Below, one piece after another: positions 1 to 9,418 of a stretch of DNA of 47,011 nucleotides. The position numbers and the translations under genes were made by a program. The DNA comes from Candidatus Aphodosoma sp. (lineage in GTDB: Bacteria > Bacteroidota > Bacteroidia > Bacteroidales > Paludibacteraceae), in the NCBI GenBank assembly GCA_045645785.1, contig JAZRJN010000043.1, positions 1 through 47,011 on the forward strand, read 5' to 3'. Under the pieces are notes generated by a model that worked only from the letters and a program-made list of their open reading frames with translations, did no database searches and was not told the origin of the DNA. Each line of letters opens with the position of its first letter. The first letter of the stretch is position 1.

Positions 1-2028
1 CAAATCAATCATAAAAGTTTGTTCTTTATTTTGTTTAACATCGAGATACTCAACAAATATGGCGCGATTTGCATTGTTAGCTTTAACTGAAATAGTTACA
101 TTATCAAACAATGCTTCGTTTGGATTAAATGTAAACGCTACCTTTTTAGGCAAACTATACAAACGTAAATTTGATACTAATTGAATATATGGAGCACGAG
201 CAGATGTATATGAAAATGTCAATTTTGCATTACCTTCGCTTGTAGCAGGTTGCAACGTTGCATTCCATTTAGTTGATGAACTTTTTACCTTCCAATCCCC
301 AACATCATTCAACACAGAAGTAATCACATCACTTTTAGGTATCTCTACAATAACTTTTAGAGTATCCCTAAAAGAACCTAACTCACCAACTACAAATGTT
401 TCGCCACAAGCAATACCACACAAGACACCTTCTTCGACACTACAAATTGTTGGATCATCAACATACCAAGTCAAAGCTTGAGGTTGCACCAATTGAGCAT
501 TCACACCTATTACGGCTTGCACCTCAATAGGGTACTCAAACTCATTATCAATTACAACAGAATCAAGACGCATAGCAATTTTTGCATCATCATTTTTAAT
601 AATACGCACTTGTGTTGTTGCACCATTATAAGATATGGTAAGATACCCCTCTTCTGTACCAGATGCTACAAACAGACCATCTTCGATATGTCCCACTATC
701 GGGTCACAAGATAGTTCGAAACCAGTAACATCAGTATTCAACAATGCACCATATTGGTTATAACCTAAAACATGAGGTACGTATGTTCCGTAAGTAGGCA
801 ATTTAACATGAGCAATATTTGCCGAAATAGCAGCTATAGTATTATCCTCAGGAGCATTATTAACGACAAACATACCATTAGAAACAGCACGTTCCGTACC
901 ATCACTACATTGATTCATTGGCCCAAAAGGATCGATATATATAGATGAAGAACCACCTCCATCAAGATTTATAGCAGTATAAGCACCTGCTGATTGCATA
1001 ATTTCGGCAAGCACTTTTGTAGTACAACCAATAGAGGCTACACGACCATCAACTACGCAATAAATCACAGTATCACCGGTTTGACTAAATCCCCAACCTG
1101 TACGTGGATGCAATTCGTCCCACACTTCATTTGTTTCTACTACTCCATCTTTAAGCATCAAAGCACGAGTATCACCACCAACACAATTGGTGATAGCGAT
1201 TTCTTCGCCATTCATTGTTGTATTAAGAGTCAACACAATAGTATCGCCTACGGCAATAGCATCAAGAGCATCAGCCATTGTGCCATGACCTGAAAGAACT
1301 GCTCCATTTTCAGGGATAGCAACTCCAACTTGGCGATAACGACATTCAGTTGCAACTACTTTTATTTCTTTATTCATACCCCACTCTTCACCTTCGACAA
1401 GGGCAATAACTACCTCTGTACCATATTGATTAGTACGAGTATATTTACCTTGTAAATGATTATAAAGAACTAATTCGTTTTCAAGACGATTATAGTTGAC
1501 ATGATTGATATTCAATGCAACACCTTTATGAGTAGCCGTGCCATTGAAACTGAATTGACCTGCGTAAGGAGTACCATCTGCTGAATAAGCAGCCACAGGG
1601 CGACCATTATTAGGTGTATAAGCCAATTGTTTATCAACAACACATGCAGCAGTAGGCAATCCCACATCGCCAGATGTTACATAAAAGTCACCATTATGAC
1701 CCGAGAAAAGATGATGACCAGGAGAACTATGGCGTTTTGCCACTTTAGAAATCACCTCACCACCTAAAATAGAATCACGACCAACATGAGCCTCAAAAGA
1801 TATATATTCATTCGTACGATCGACAATTGTTTGATATACATAAAGCAATTTGCCATCCGCACGTGTCATAGTCATAGCAATATATTTGGTACTTGGACCA
1901 ATTGGATAAACCGCAGTTGTATCGACACGATGCGATTTACCTCCCAACACAATATTATCAACAGCGAATAAATCAATGCACAATACACAATGCACAATGC
2001 ACAATAGAATAGTTAGTTTTGTTTTCAT
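1..2028 (-). CDS. Phosphodiester glycosidase family protein (NAGPA-like / DUF2233), secreted; C-terminus lies beyond the window start
   Basis: Absent from the ORF track because it has no stop inside the window. Minus strand from ATG (plus 2028-2026) reads MKTKLTILLCIVHCVLCIDLFAVDNIVLGGKSHRVD... and stays open for 676 codons to base 1. Contains GAYTAINLDGGGSSSIY (plus ~940-990), the NLDGGGS signature I associate with the phosphodiester glycosidase family. N-terminal signal peptide. Confidence 0.8.
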   Translation of the reverse strand, partial: MKTKLTILLCIVHCVLCIDLFAVDNIVLGGKSHRVDTTAVYPIGPSTKYIAMTMTRADGKLLYVYQTIVDRTNEYISFEAHVGRDSILGGEVISKVAKRHSSPGHHLFSGHNGDFYVTSGDVGLPTAACVVDKQLAYTPNNGRPVAAYSADGTPYAGQFSFNGTATHKGVALNINHVNYNRLENELVLYNHLQGKYTRTNQYGTEVVIALVEGEEWGMNKEIKVVATECRYRQVGVAIPENGAVLSGHGTMADALDAIAVGDTIVLTLNTTMNGEEIAITNCVGGDTRALMLKDGVVETNEVWDELHPRTGWGFSQTGDTVIYCVVDGRVASIGCTTKVLAEIMQSAGAYTAINLDGGGSSSIYIDPFGPMNQCSDGTERAVSNGMFVVNNAPEDNTIAAISANIAHVKLPTYGTYVPHVLGYNQYGALLNTDVTGFELSCDPIVGHIEDGLFVASGTEEGYLTISYNGATTQVRIIKNDDAKIAMRLDSVVIDNEFEYPIEVQAVIGVNAQLVQPQALTWYVDDPTICSVEEGVLCGIACGETFVVGELGSFRDTLKVIVEIPKSDVITSVLNDVGDWKVKSSSTKWNATLQPATSEGNAKLTFSYTSARAPYIQLVSNLRLYSLPKKVAFTFNPNEALFDNVTISVKANNANRAIFVEYLDVKQNKEQTFMIDL
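1974..2007 (+). repeat. Heptad array CAATGCA/CAATACA, about 4.8 units
   Basis: caatgca caataca caatgca caatgca caatag read directly; lies inside the signal-peptide codons (LLCIVHCVLCIDL) of the glycosidase gene. Confidence 0.9.
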
Positions 2029-2078
2029 AATTATTCCGAATGTTTCATTACGCAAAATGCGTAATTGCATTTAACATA

Positions 2079-2336
2079 TCAAAAATAACAATCCGTTTCC
2101 CATCTTATAATATTATTTTCAACATAATCCGCAACTTTATTCATCATTGCTTGATTCCGAATAAAATTATCATAAAAACGTGATTGCCATGCAAAAGGAA
2201 TATTATTTACATTAGCAAAACGAGTAACCGCGCCTTTAAAATTTGAAATAGCACGAGCAAGTAAACTTCGTTGCTTCGCAATATCTTGTAATTTTCTATT
2301 ATTTGGAGACGCAATATTTTGTGTCTCAAAAGTTTC
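2079..2336 (-). pseudogene. C-terminal remnant of an IS200/RayT-like (Y1 HUH) transposase; N-terminal half missing
   Basis: Minus-strand frame bounded by stops at 2337-2339 and 2079-2081 reads ETFETQNIASPNNRKLQDIAKQRSLLARAISNFKGAVTRFANVNNIPFAWQSRFYDNFIRNQAMMNKVADYVENNIIRWETDCYF. The FAWQSRFYDxxIRN...NNxxRW tail matches what I remember of REP-associated tyrosine transposase-like proteins in Bacteroidota. No usable start codon and no HUH-bearing N-terminal part. Contains hairpin GAGACGCAA-tatt-TTGTGTCTC (2306-2327). Confidence 0.5.
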
Positions 2337-2340
2337 TCAA

Positions 2341-2378
2341 TAAAAACAAAGGGCAGGTGGAAATTCCACCCACCCTTT
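2341..2378 (-). terminator. Rho-independent terminator ending the SusC/SusD-locus transcript
   Basis: On the minus-strand RNA, GGGUGGGUGG-AAUUU-CCACCUGCCC forms a 10-bp stem (two G-U wobbles that pair only on this strand), followed by UUUGUUUUUAUU. It lies 30 nt downstream of the stop at 2408. Confidence 0.7.
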
Positions 2379-2407
2379 ATATGTTAAGAGATCTATATTA
2401 TTACAGA

Positions 2408-3811
2408 TTATTTAACAATAACTTTTGCTACAACATTAGCAGTTTTAACAATATAAGCACCAGCGTTAAGGTTACCATTAAGAGCTGTTACGTTTTGACC
2501 TGTAACTGTGAAGATTTGGAATTCACCTTCTGCAACTACAAGAGCACCTTCTGTATAAACATTAACTACTTCAACATTTTCAATAGCAGAACCGAGTTTT
2601 TGAGCACCAGCTGTGAATGTATATTTAGCAAAACCATTTTCACCTGCGTAGCAGTAGATAGCAGCTTCATAACCATCAGACTCAGCATAAACAGGACAAT
2701 GCATGTATGTGTTTTTTGAACCACCAAGAGCAAAAGCATCACCAAAACCAGCTTGTGGGAATGTATATAAAACTTCCATTTCTTGCATAGAACGATTTTC
2801 ATCTGCAAATTTGAGAAGAGTGAAATCAAGAGCAGGAGTATGACTATATGCTGAATTTGCACAAACCATAAAATATTCCATGTTACCTTCTTTATTTTCA
2901 ACTTCGAATTCACAAACACCATTTGAGTTAGCATATTGAGGATAACCTCCAGCTAATTTACCTTCTTCATTATAGAAACAATCTGCACGTGAAGCAAAGC
3001 CTTCACCATCATATTGATACAATGTTGGGAGTGTACCTTGACCATCCAAATAGAAATTGTTTTCATCAACAAGAACTGCGATAGGAGCTGTACCAGGTTT
3101 TTCTACTGCTGAACCTTCATAGAATGGATCCAAGAAAACTTGCTCAGCAGGACCAGCAACACCACCTTCAATCACCCAACGATAGCAATCCAAAGCACTT
3201 GCATTTACAGCAAGAATTACAGCATGATCATTAACATCGCCCCAAACACCAAAAGCATCGAAACGAATTGAATTTTCTGCAAAATCAGGATTAGCTTTCA
3301 AAGATTCTTTGATAACTGGAGTACATGCACCTGTTTCAAGATCTACTTTATAAACAAGCATCAAGTCGGATGTACATGGACCAACAAGGCAATTACCTTC
3401 AGAGTCAAATCTAATATCATTATTAGCAAGTGTTACACCTAAACCTTCAGCAATAGTATCACCACGCTCAATGTCTGCTTTAAATGTTGCATCAAGAGTA
3501 ATTGTTCTTTCATAATTACCAGTAGCACCATCAACTACAATAATAGAACATGGTGTACCACGGAAAGGGAAATACATTTTACCGTCGTAAGCTGCCATAC
3601 TACGAATAAGACCAGCACCGCCGAGTTCATCAATAACGAAGTTACCTTCTGATGTAGAACGAATCCAATCGTTAACAAGTTTGTAATCACCAACTTCATA
3701 AGTAGCAGCATCTTTTTTAACATCTTGAAGAGCCGCTGTTTGAGCCATTGCACTCACTGAAACAAAAACTGCAAAAAATAATGCAGCAACTTTAAGTAAA
3801 TTTTTTCTCAT
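2408..3811 (-). CDS. Secreted hypothetical protein with T9SS C-terminal sorting domain
   Basis: ORF track 2408..3862. I prefer the ATG at 3811 (MRKNLLKVAALFFAVFVSVSAMAQ, a clear signal peptide). The C-terminus ...FQIFTVTGQNVTALNGNLNAGAYIVKTANVVAKVIVK looks like a type A T9SS sorting domain. The body has no motif I can name. Confidence 0.75.
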   Translation of the reverse strand: MRKNLLKVAALFFAVFVSVSAMAQTAALQDVKKDAATYEVGDYKLVNDWIRSTSEGNFVIDELGGAGLIRSMAAYDGKMYFPFRGTPCSIIVVDGATGNYERTITLDATFKADIERGDTIAEGLGVTLANNDIRFDSEGNCLVGPCTSDLMLVYKVDLETGACTPVIKESLKANPDFAENSIRFDAFGVWGDVNDHAVILAVNASALDCYRWVIEGGVAGPAEQVFLDPFYEGSAVEKPGTAPIAVLVDENNFYLDGQGTLPTLYQYDGEGFASRADCFYNEEGKLAGGYPQYANSNGVCEFEVENKEGNMEYFMVCANSAYSHTPALDFTLLKFADENRSMQEMEVLYTFPQAGFGDAFALGGSKNTYMHCPVYAESDGYEAAIYCYAGENGFAKYTFTAGAQKLGSAIENVEVVNVYTEGALVVAEGEFQIFTVTGQNVTALNGNLNAGAYIVKTANVVAKVIVK

Positions 3812-3886
3812 GACCTTAAAATTTAATAGATTAATAAATATATTTGGGAAATATAAAATCATCCTTTATTTTGTCAAAGTTAAATA

Positions 3887-6676
3887 TTATTTTTGAAACT
3901 TCAAAATTTCAAAAGATGTTTTATAACATATTTTTAAAAAATACATCCCATCAGGCAAGCCACTGACATTTAACATCATAATATTATCAAAATCATTCCA
4001 TTCAGAAATATAATCTCTCATTTTTTGTCCTGAAACTGAATAAACAACAATATCCGTAATATTTTTTAGCCCCAAATCAGAGTAAATCGCAATATTATCA
4101 TCGTCCAAATTCACCACTCTGAAATAATTTTTTTCTACCAACTCTACATTTGTTGCCTTCTCCGACAGAGTAAACATTACAGTATCGCTATAAGACGTAG
4201 AAAGATTATTAGGCATATCAGCCTTTACACGAACATAATAAATTGAATATTTTAAATTTGTAAACTCACATTCAAAGGTATATCCATCTGTTCTCTTAAC
4301 AGTCGTATTTCTACCAGGGAATTTATCAGAAGTTGATAATTCTACCCTGAAACCATTCGCAGGCTGTTCCGCCCATGTAATAATAACCGAATTTTCAGTT
4401 AAAACCACACCATTCAAAGGAGAAGTTATTATTGGCACAGGAATTTCAATATCTTTTGTAACAAATGTCAGAATAGGACTAACAGCTTCTACTTCACCAG
4501 CCACAACAGATACCCTAGCGTAATATGTAGTGCTATATTTCAACAATCCCTCTGGCAATATCAATTTATTACTATTCTGAACACAGCTATAGACTACCTC
4601 TGAATTTCTAAAAGTATTTTTAGAAGCCAATTCAAAAACATATTCAGGAGTTCCAAAATTTGATGCATCATCCCATTCAAATTCAAAAACCAATTCTACA
4701 TCTGCAGCATTATTTTTAGGCGAATTAAAACCAAAGAGTTTTGAAGTAAATTTACGAGCATTGCTCCAATCTGAAAATCCACCTTCTGTTATTGTGCGCA
4801 CACGCCAATAATAAGTTACACCATCTTTAATATTATATAACACAGATGTATTGAATGAAGTTGAATTGAGTGTACGAGTCGTAATAATATCGTCAAAATT
4901 CTCATCCATCGCCAACTGCCATTGATATCTAACCCACGCGCCATCATTTTGCTCCCATTCAAAAAAACAAGGCATCAATACCTCAGCATCATTTAGAGGA
5001 TAAACAAGAACTGGCACATTTGGATTTGCCACAGAACCATTTAATAATGCAGGAGCACTCTCGGCGCCATAACGATTGACTGCAGTAATAGCAAAAGTGT
5101 AACCTTCTGAAAACTCAGTTGGAATTTCATACTTCAAATTATCGAATACCAAATCAATCAAATGTTTTGAAGCATATTTATCTGCACCAGTATAACCATT
5201 AGGAATAGCATAAATAGCCGTACGATATAAAGAAGATTCGTTATTCCAAGTCAACAAATTATCGTTTTTTGTAAAATTCAAAGGTGTTGCTGGTATTGAA
5301 GAGTCTTTCCAATTAATATGAGGTGTTAAAATTTTAGTCGTATAAACACGACGTTTAAGATATTGAACAAAATTTTTTGTCTTAATTGTTTTATTTGTAT
5401 TATATAAAACCGACCCTGGTGCATCATTCAAATCATAAATACGATTATAATTGATTTGAGCACCTATCTCATCTTGTTTAAATGCACGCTTTTGAGGGGT
5501 TAAAGAACGAGACTCCGTATTTGTGTTTATTTGATCTTCTAATGCAACAGCCTCAATATTAGAGTACCCGCGACGTTGTGGTGCAGGAGAAGCAGAACCT
5601 TCAAGCGAAGAAACAGAATGACTCGCATAAAAATGGCGACCAAAACGACTAGAAATTTCAGACCACCAATTCGACAAAATACCAAATGGATAAGCACTTG
5701 TTGTAGTCCAATAAAGCTGAGGTGAAATATAATCTACAGTACCTTGTTCAAGCCATGCAATAGGATCACAATATATCGAAGCATACATATTACCTGTAGC
5801 ACCAACTCCACCAGGCAATGTAAGGCCATGTTTATCTGCAACACTCTGATCAGTAGTCCATGTACCAAAAGGCGAAACGCCAAATTTTACATACGGCTTA
5901 ATTTCTTGAATTGTATCATACACATCTTTAATCATCATATTCACATTTTCACGACGCCAATCTCCAAGATTTTTACCATCAGGACGATATTTATCTTGAG
6001 TTGCTTTATCCAAATCAGTAGGAGTACCTTCGTATGCATAAAAATAATCATCAAACACAATACCATCAACATCATATCGTGTTACAATATCAGCAATAAT
6101 CTCTTGAATACGTTGACGCACCTCAGGAAGTCCAGGATCAAGAATAGTTGTACCACTACCATAATCGAGAATCCAATCGGGATGTTGGACGGCATAATCA
6201 TTTTCAAGTTTACTATATGTATCGGTAGAAGATGAATAACGATAAGGATTGAGCCATGCATGAAGTTCTATTCCACGTTTATGAGCCTCTTGAATAGCAA
6301 ATTCGAGCGGATCATAACCTGGATCACCACCACGCGTACCAGTAAGATATTTACTCCAATTTTCATATTCTGACTTATACATAGCATCACTCATCCCTCT
6401 AACTTGAAAAAAAGCAGCATTCATGTTTGCTTCTTGAAGCGAATCAAGAATTGAGCACAACTGCTTTTGTTGTTTAGTACGATATGATGCCTTTGACTCT
6501 TCCGATGCATTGACAGGAATTTGTGTAGTAGGCCAATCAATACCCCACACAGTAGTAAGCCATGTAGCACGAAATTCACGGTTTTGAGCAACTATATCAG
6601 TACATAATATACAAAGCATAATAGTAGCGAGACACAAGACACGAGACACGAGACTATTGACTTTAATTTTTTCCAT
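3887..6676 (-). CDS. Glycoside-hydrolase-like family 10 (GHL10/DUF187, YngK-like) protein with Ig/FN3-like repeats and T9SS C-terminal domain
   Basis: 929-aa ORF. NREFRATWLTTVWGIDWPT directly after the signal peptide is the N-terminal signature I associate with GHL10 TIM-barrel proteins. The C-terminal third is beta-rich repeats ending ...VVYSVSGQKM...LNVSGLPDGMYFLKICYKTSFEILKFQK (T9SS sorting domain). Confidence 0.8.
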   Translation of the reverse strand: MEKIKVNSLVSRVLCLATIMLCILCTDIVAQNREFRATWLTTVWGIDWPTTQIPVNASEESKASYRTKQQKQLCSILDSLQEANMNAAFFQVRGMSDAMYKSEYENWSKYLTGTRGGDPGYDPLEFAIQEAHKRGIELHAWLNPYRYSSSTDTYSKLENDYAVQHPDWILDYGSGTTILDPGLPEVRQRIQEIIADIVTRYDVDGIVFDDYFYAYEGTPTDLDKATQDKYRPDGKNLGDWRRENVNMMIKDVYDTIQEIKPYVKFGVSPFGTWTTDQSVADKHGLTLPGGVGATGNMYASIYCDPIAWLEQGTVDYISPQLYWTTTSAYPFGILSNWWSEISSRFGRHFYASHSVSSLEGSASPAPQRRGYSNIEAVALEDQINTNTESRSLTPQKRAFKQDEIGAQINYNRIYDLNDAPGSVLYNTNKTIKTKNFVQYLKRRVYTTKILTPHINWKDSSIPATPLNFTKNDNLLTWNNESSLYRTAIYAIPNGYTGADKYASKHLIDLVFDNLKYEIPTEFSEGYTFAITAVNRYGAESAPALLNGSVANPNVPVLVYPLNDAEVLMPCFFEWEQNDGAWVRYQWQLAMDENFDDIITTRTLNSTSFNTSVLYNIKDGVTYYWRVRTITEGGFSDWSNARKFTSKLFGFNSPKNNAADVELVFEFEWDDASNFGTPEYVFELASKNTFRNSEVVYSCVQNSNKLILPEGLLKYSTTYYARVSVVAGEVEAVSPILTFVTKDIEIPVPIITSPLNGVVLTENSVIITWAEQPANGFRVELSTSDKFPGRNTTVKRTDGYTFECEFTNLKYSIYYVRVKADMPNNLSTSYSDTVMFTLSEKATNVELVEKNYFRVVNLDDDNIAIYSDLGLKNITDIVVYSVSGQKMRDYISEWNDFDNIMMLNVSGLPDGMYFLKICYKTSFEILKFQK
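6624..6654 (+). repeat. Heptad array GTAGCGA GACACAA GACACGA GACACGA GAC
   Basis: Read directly; encodes SLVSRVLCLAT at the N-terminus of the GHL10 protein. Confidence 0.85.
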
Positions 6677-6716
6677 AACAACTTATTTTTTATAAAATCT
6701 ATTATTATATTGCGAT

Positions 6717-6741
6717 AGTGCGAGGTTATCAGCCTCGCACT
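6717..6741 (-). other. Intergenic stem-loop (9-bp stem) between the PKD lipoprotein and GHL10 genes
   Basis: AGTGCGAGG-ttatcag-CCTCGCACT. No U-tract follows on the minus-strand RNA, so this is more likely an intra-operon RNA stability or processing element than a terminator. Confidence 0.4.
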
Positions 6742-6753
6742 ACCTATTTTTAA

Positions 6754-8445
6754 TTAAAATAATTTACTTGGCGTTTGATTAATAGCAACACCATAAACAT
6801 TGACACCCTCAACCACAGACTCCAAAACACCAGAAGTGGCATTATAACGATAAATACCAGACTTCATAGATGCATCGCCTGAACGAAGGCCAAAATAAAC
6901 ATCTCCTGTAGTTTCATCAATTGCCATCTGACAAATACCAATAAATTCACCTGTACCACCCTCACCTTTGCCTGTTTCTGTAATCAATGTCAAAACACGT
7001 CCATCGGCTGTCTTACATTGATAATTAGCCAAATTTGTTGCCGAAACATTGTCTAACTCAGCAATAGATGCACAACGATAAACACCATCTCTACCAATAC
7101 CATAAAGAGCAAAATAGAATGCTCCACTGTTTTTATCATAAACAAACGACTTGACATCCATACCAGAAAGAGCAATACCCGCAGCAGGAACAGGGTCTGT
7201 TTCTTTGACTGTTTCTTTCAAAATATCACTATCGGTAAAACGAACAATACCTTTACCCTCATTAGTTTTACACCAATACCAAACATCACCTACTTTACCA
7301 ATACAAGCATTCATAGAAGAATATCCTGTTCCTTTGTTATAATAACCTAATGTGTTATTTTGAACATAATAAGGATAATCATTCAAAGAATAAGTGACAT
7401 TACGTTCTTTAAGACCTATTTTATAGAAACCAGTAAGACGACCACCAACATACAAATTTTGTCTATCCGCATAACCATAGAAAGGGTCTTCAAACGCAGC
7501 ACCTCCTGCATTAGAAACCATAGTTTCCACCACCGAACCATCTTTACTCATTACGGTAATACGACCATCTCCCATAACACCATCAATGTCATTTATGTAT
7601 GTAAATTGAAGACCACAATCAAGAATATAAAGTAAAGAATCAGCAAAAACAATATTAAGAGGATGTTGTCCCGATTTTACTCCCATATCAAAAGGTTCAA
7701 CTTTCATACCTTCAGGAGCATCACTTGCAAGTTTAAGTGCCATAATATTACCTCCTTTCTCTGCATAATACAATGTAGGAACATCTTTATTATATGCCAC
7801 TTGTACATTAAGAGTAACCTCTTCAAGAGAACGACCTCCTAAAGTCACATTCAATTTTACAAATTGAGAACCGACATTACCGAAACGAACTTTACCAGGA
7901 TTCTCTCCTGCAAATTTTGTTATAACATTACCCTTTTCATCTGTTGTGTTTTCAGGGAAAACCCAATTATACACAGCGTCAAGATTTTCCGGGTTTGGCA
8001 AATCAACAGAGAAAGAAACCTCAGTTGTCAAAACCTCACACAAACCACCATCAATAGAGTCAAGCAAAAGAATTGGCTTTATATCACTGATAAAAATTGG
8101 TTGTGAAATAGTTTTATTGTTCACAGTCAACTTAACATTACGTTGACCCGCAACTTTATATTTTACAACAACTGTATCACTATTAAGCGTTCCCTCCACA
8201 ATCTCATCCCCATCACTAAAATCAAAATTCCAAGTCGGAGAACCATTCAAATAACTTGTATTAACAAATTGTATTTTAGCTCCAACATAATAATCGATCA
8301 CATACGACTCATCAACAATTGAATATTCAAAAGCAACCTCTTTACTTGGAAGTTCTTCTTCTTCAGCAATATGGTCAACACAAGCCGACAAAGAAAATAC
8401 CACAAAAGCAAAAAGTGCATATTTCAAAAAATTTATAGTTCTCAT
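6754..8445 (-). CDS. Surface lipoprotein with two PKD-like domains and a C-terminal beta-propeller-like region
   Basis: 563-aa ORF with lipoprotein signal MRTINFLKYALFAFVVFSLSAC. Has PKD-like segments (IQFVNTSYLNGSPTWNFDFSDGDE...; VYNWVFPENTTDEKGN...). Sits in the usual position of PUL accessory binding proteins. Confidence 0.7.
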   Translation of the reverse strand: MRTINFLKYALFAFVVFSLSACVDHIAEEEELPSKEVAFEYSIVDESYVIDYYVGAKIQFVNTSYLNGSPTWNFDFSDGDEIVEGTLNSDTVVVKYKVAGQRNVKLTVNNKTISQPIFISDIKPILLLDSIDGGLCEVLTTEVSFSVDLPNPENLDAVYNWVFPENTTDEKGNVITKFAGENPGKVRFGNVGSQFVKLNVTLGGRSLEEVTLNVQVAYNKDVPTLYYAEKGGNIMALKLASDAPEGMKVEPFDMGVKSGQHPLNIVFADSLLYILDCGLQFTYINDIDGVMGDGRITVMSKDGSVVETMVSNAGGAAFEDPFYGYADRQNLYVGGRLTGFYKIGLKERNVTYSLNDYPYYVQNNTLGYYNKGTGYSSMNACIGKVGDVWYWCKTNEGKGIVRFTDSDILKETVKETDPVPAAGIALSGMDVKSFVYDKNSGAFYFALYGIGRDGVYRCASIAELDNVSATNLANYQCKTADGRVLTLITETGKGEGGTGEFIGICQMAIDETTGDVYFGLRSGDASMKSGIYRYNATSGVLESVVEGVNVYGVAINQTPSKLF

Positions 8446-8456
8446 AATAATAAAAT

Positions 8457-9389
8457 TTAATTAAGTTCAATTTTAGTTTCGAGAGCAGTACCAATAGCTC
8501 CTTTTGTATCTATACAACGCAAATTAGCATTAATATAATATGAACGACTAAATTGCAATTCGTATATATTACCCTTCGATGAATTAAACAATAACTTATC
8601 AATTGTTATAGCATCAAACAAAGTAAGAACATCTTCAGGAATAGTTTCAATCACAACATCACCATTCTCAAGAGTAGCATATTTACGCCAACTACGATCA
8701 GGAGTTTTTGAAGTATAATCATTAGTAGTAAGTGTATCAAGAGAGAAATGAGAAAGCCAAGAATCAGAGTTTGCATCATAAGTAGAATCTTTATAAATAG
8801 TAAAATCTTCTACAAGCGAAAGTGCTGACATCATTTTTGCGTAATCAACATATTGCATACGCACAAACAAACTATCTTTAAATTCTTGTGCAAAATTTTC
8901 ACCAAAATAGGTTACAAAAAGAGTAGAATCAAAAGTTTCAGGTTCATTCCAACTTACAGAATTAAGAGTATAACTGGTAGGAAAAGCATCATTAAAAGTA
9001 TATGCACGCAAAGTATCATTCCAATATTTTTCATCATGCTTATACGATGAAATATATTGCGAAATACGAATTTCATCCTCAATACTCTTTGTTACCGAAT
9101 ATGAAAAAGAAGATAGCAAAGGACATGTTACTTGCTGACTTTCGGTAAGCACAACATTATACCAAACCTCAAGATGATCTATTTTCGCATCTTCATTAGA
9201 GGTATAGTATTGAGCATTAAAACCGACATCATTACCAGCCTTAGTTGTAGTAGAGGTCACAGACCAATAAATCTGAGGAGCCATAGGTCCAATAATAGCA
9301 CCATCGTCTAAAGAATCATGTTTATCACAACCTGTCAAAAGAGCAAGTGCGACAAAAACTATTGTGAATAATTTATATCTCATAATCAT
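8457..9389 (-). CDS. Hypothetical lipoprotein (SusE/F-position accessory protein)
   Basis: 310-aa ORF with lipobox ...ALALLTGCDK. An alternative ATG at 9383 (MRYKLF...) is equally plausible. Sits immediately downstream of the SusD-like gene. Confidence 0.7.
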   Translation of the reverse strand: MIMRYKLFTIVFVALALLTGCDKHDSLDDGAIIGPMAPQIYWSVTSTTTKAGNDVGFNAQYYTSNEDAKIDHLEVWYNVVLTESQQVTCPLLSSFSYSVTKSIEDEIRISQYISSYKHDEKYWNDTLRAYTFNDAFPTSYTLNSVSWNEPETFDSTLFVTYFGENFAQEFKDSLFVRMQYVDYAKMMSALSLVEDFTIYKDSTYDANSDSWLSHFSLDTLTTNDYTSKTPDRSWRKYATLENGDVVIETIPEDVLTLFDAITIDKLLFNSSKGNIYELQFSRSYYINANLRCIDTKGAIGTALETKIELN

Positions 9390-9418
9390 ATAATTTAAAT
9401 ATTAAATTTTACGTCAGA

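Noticed and set aside
5744-6235. Long + strand ORFs antisense to conserved minus-strand genes (also 2303..2719, 10220..10834, 13409..13858, 14999..15466, 32577..33299, 33688..34293, 35315..35908, 37242..37664, 38620..39132, 39882..40445, 43325..43750)
   Set aside because: All lie wholly inside confidently identified genes on the other strand. They have I/T/N/H/C/R-rich compositions typical of antisense frames in AT-rich DNA. They have no recognisable motifs, and many use non-ATG starts.
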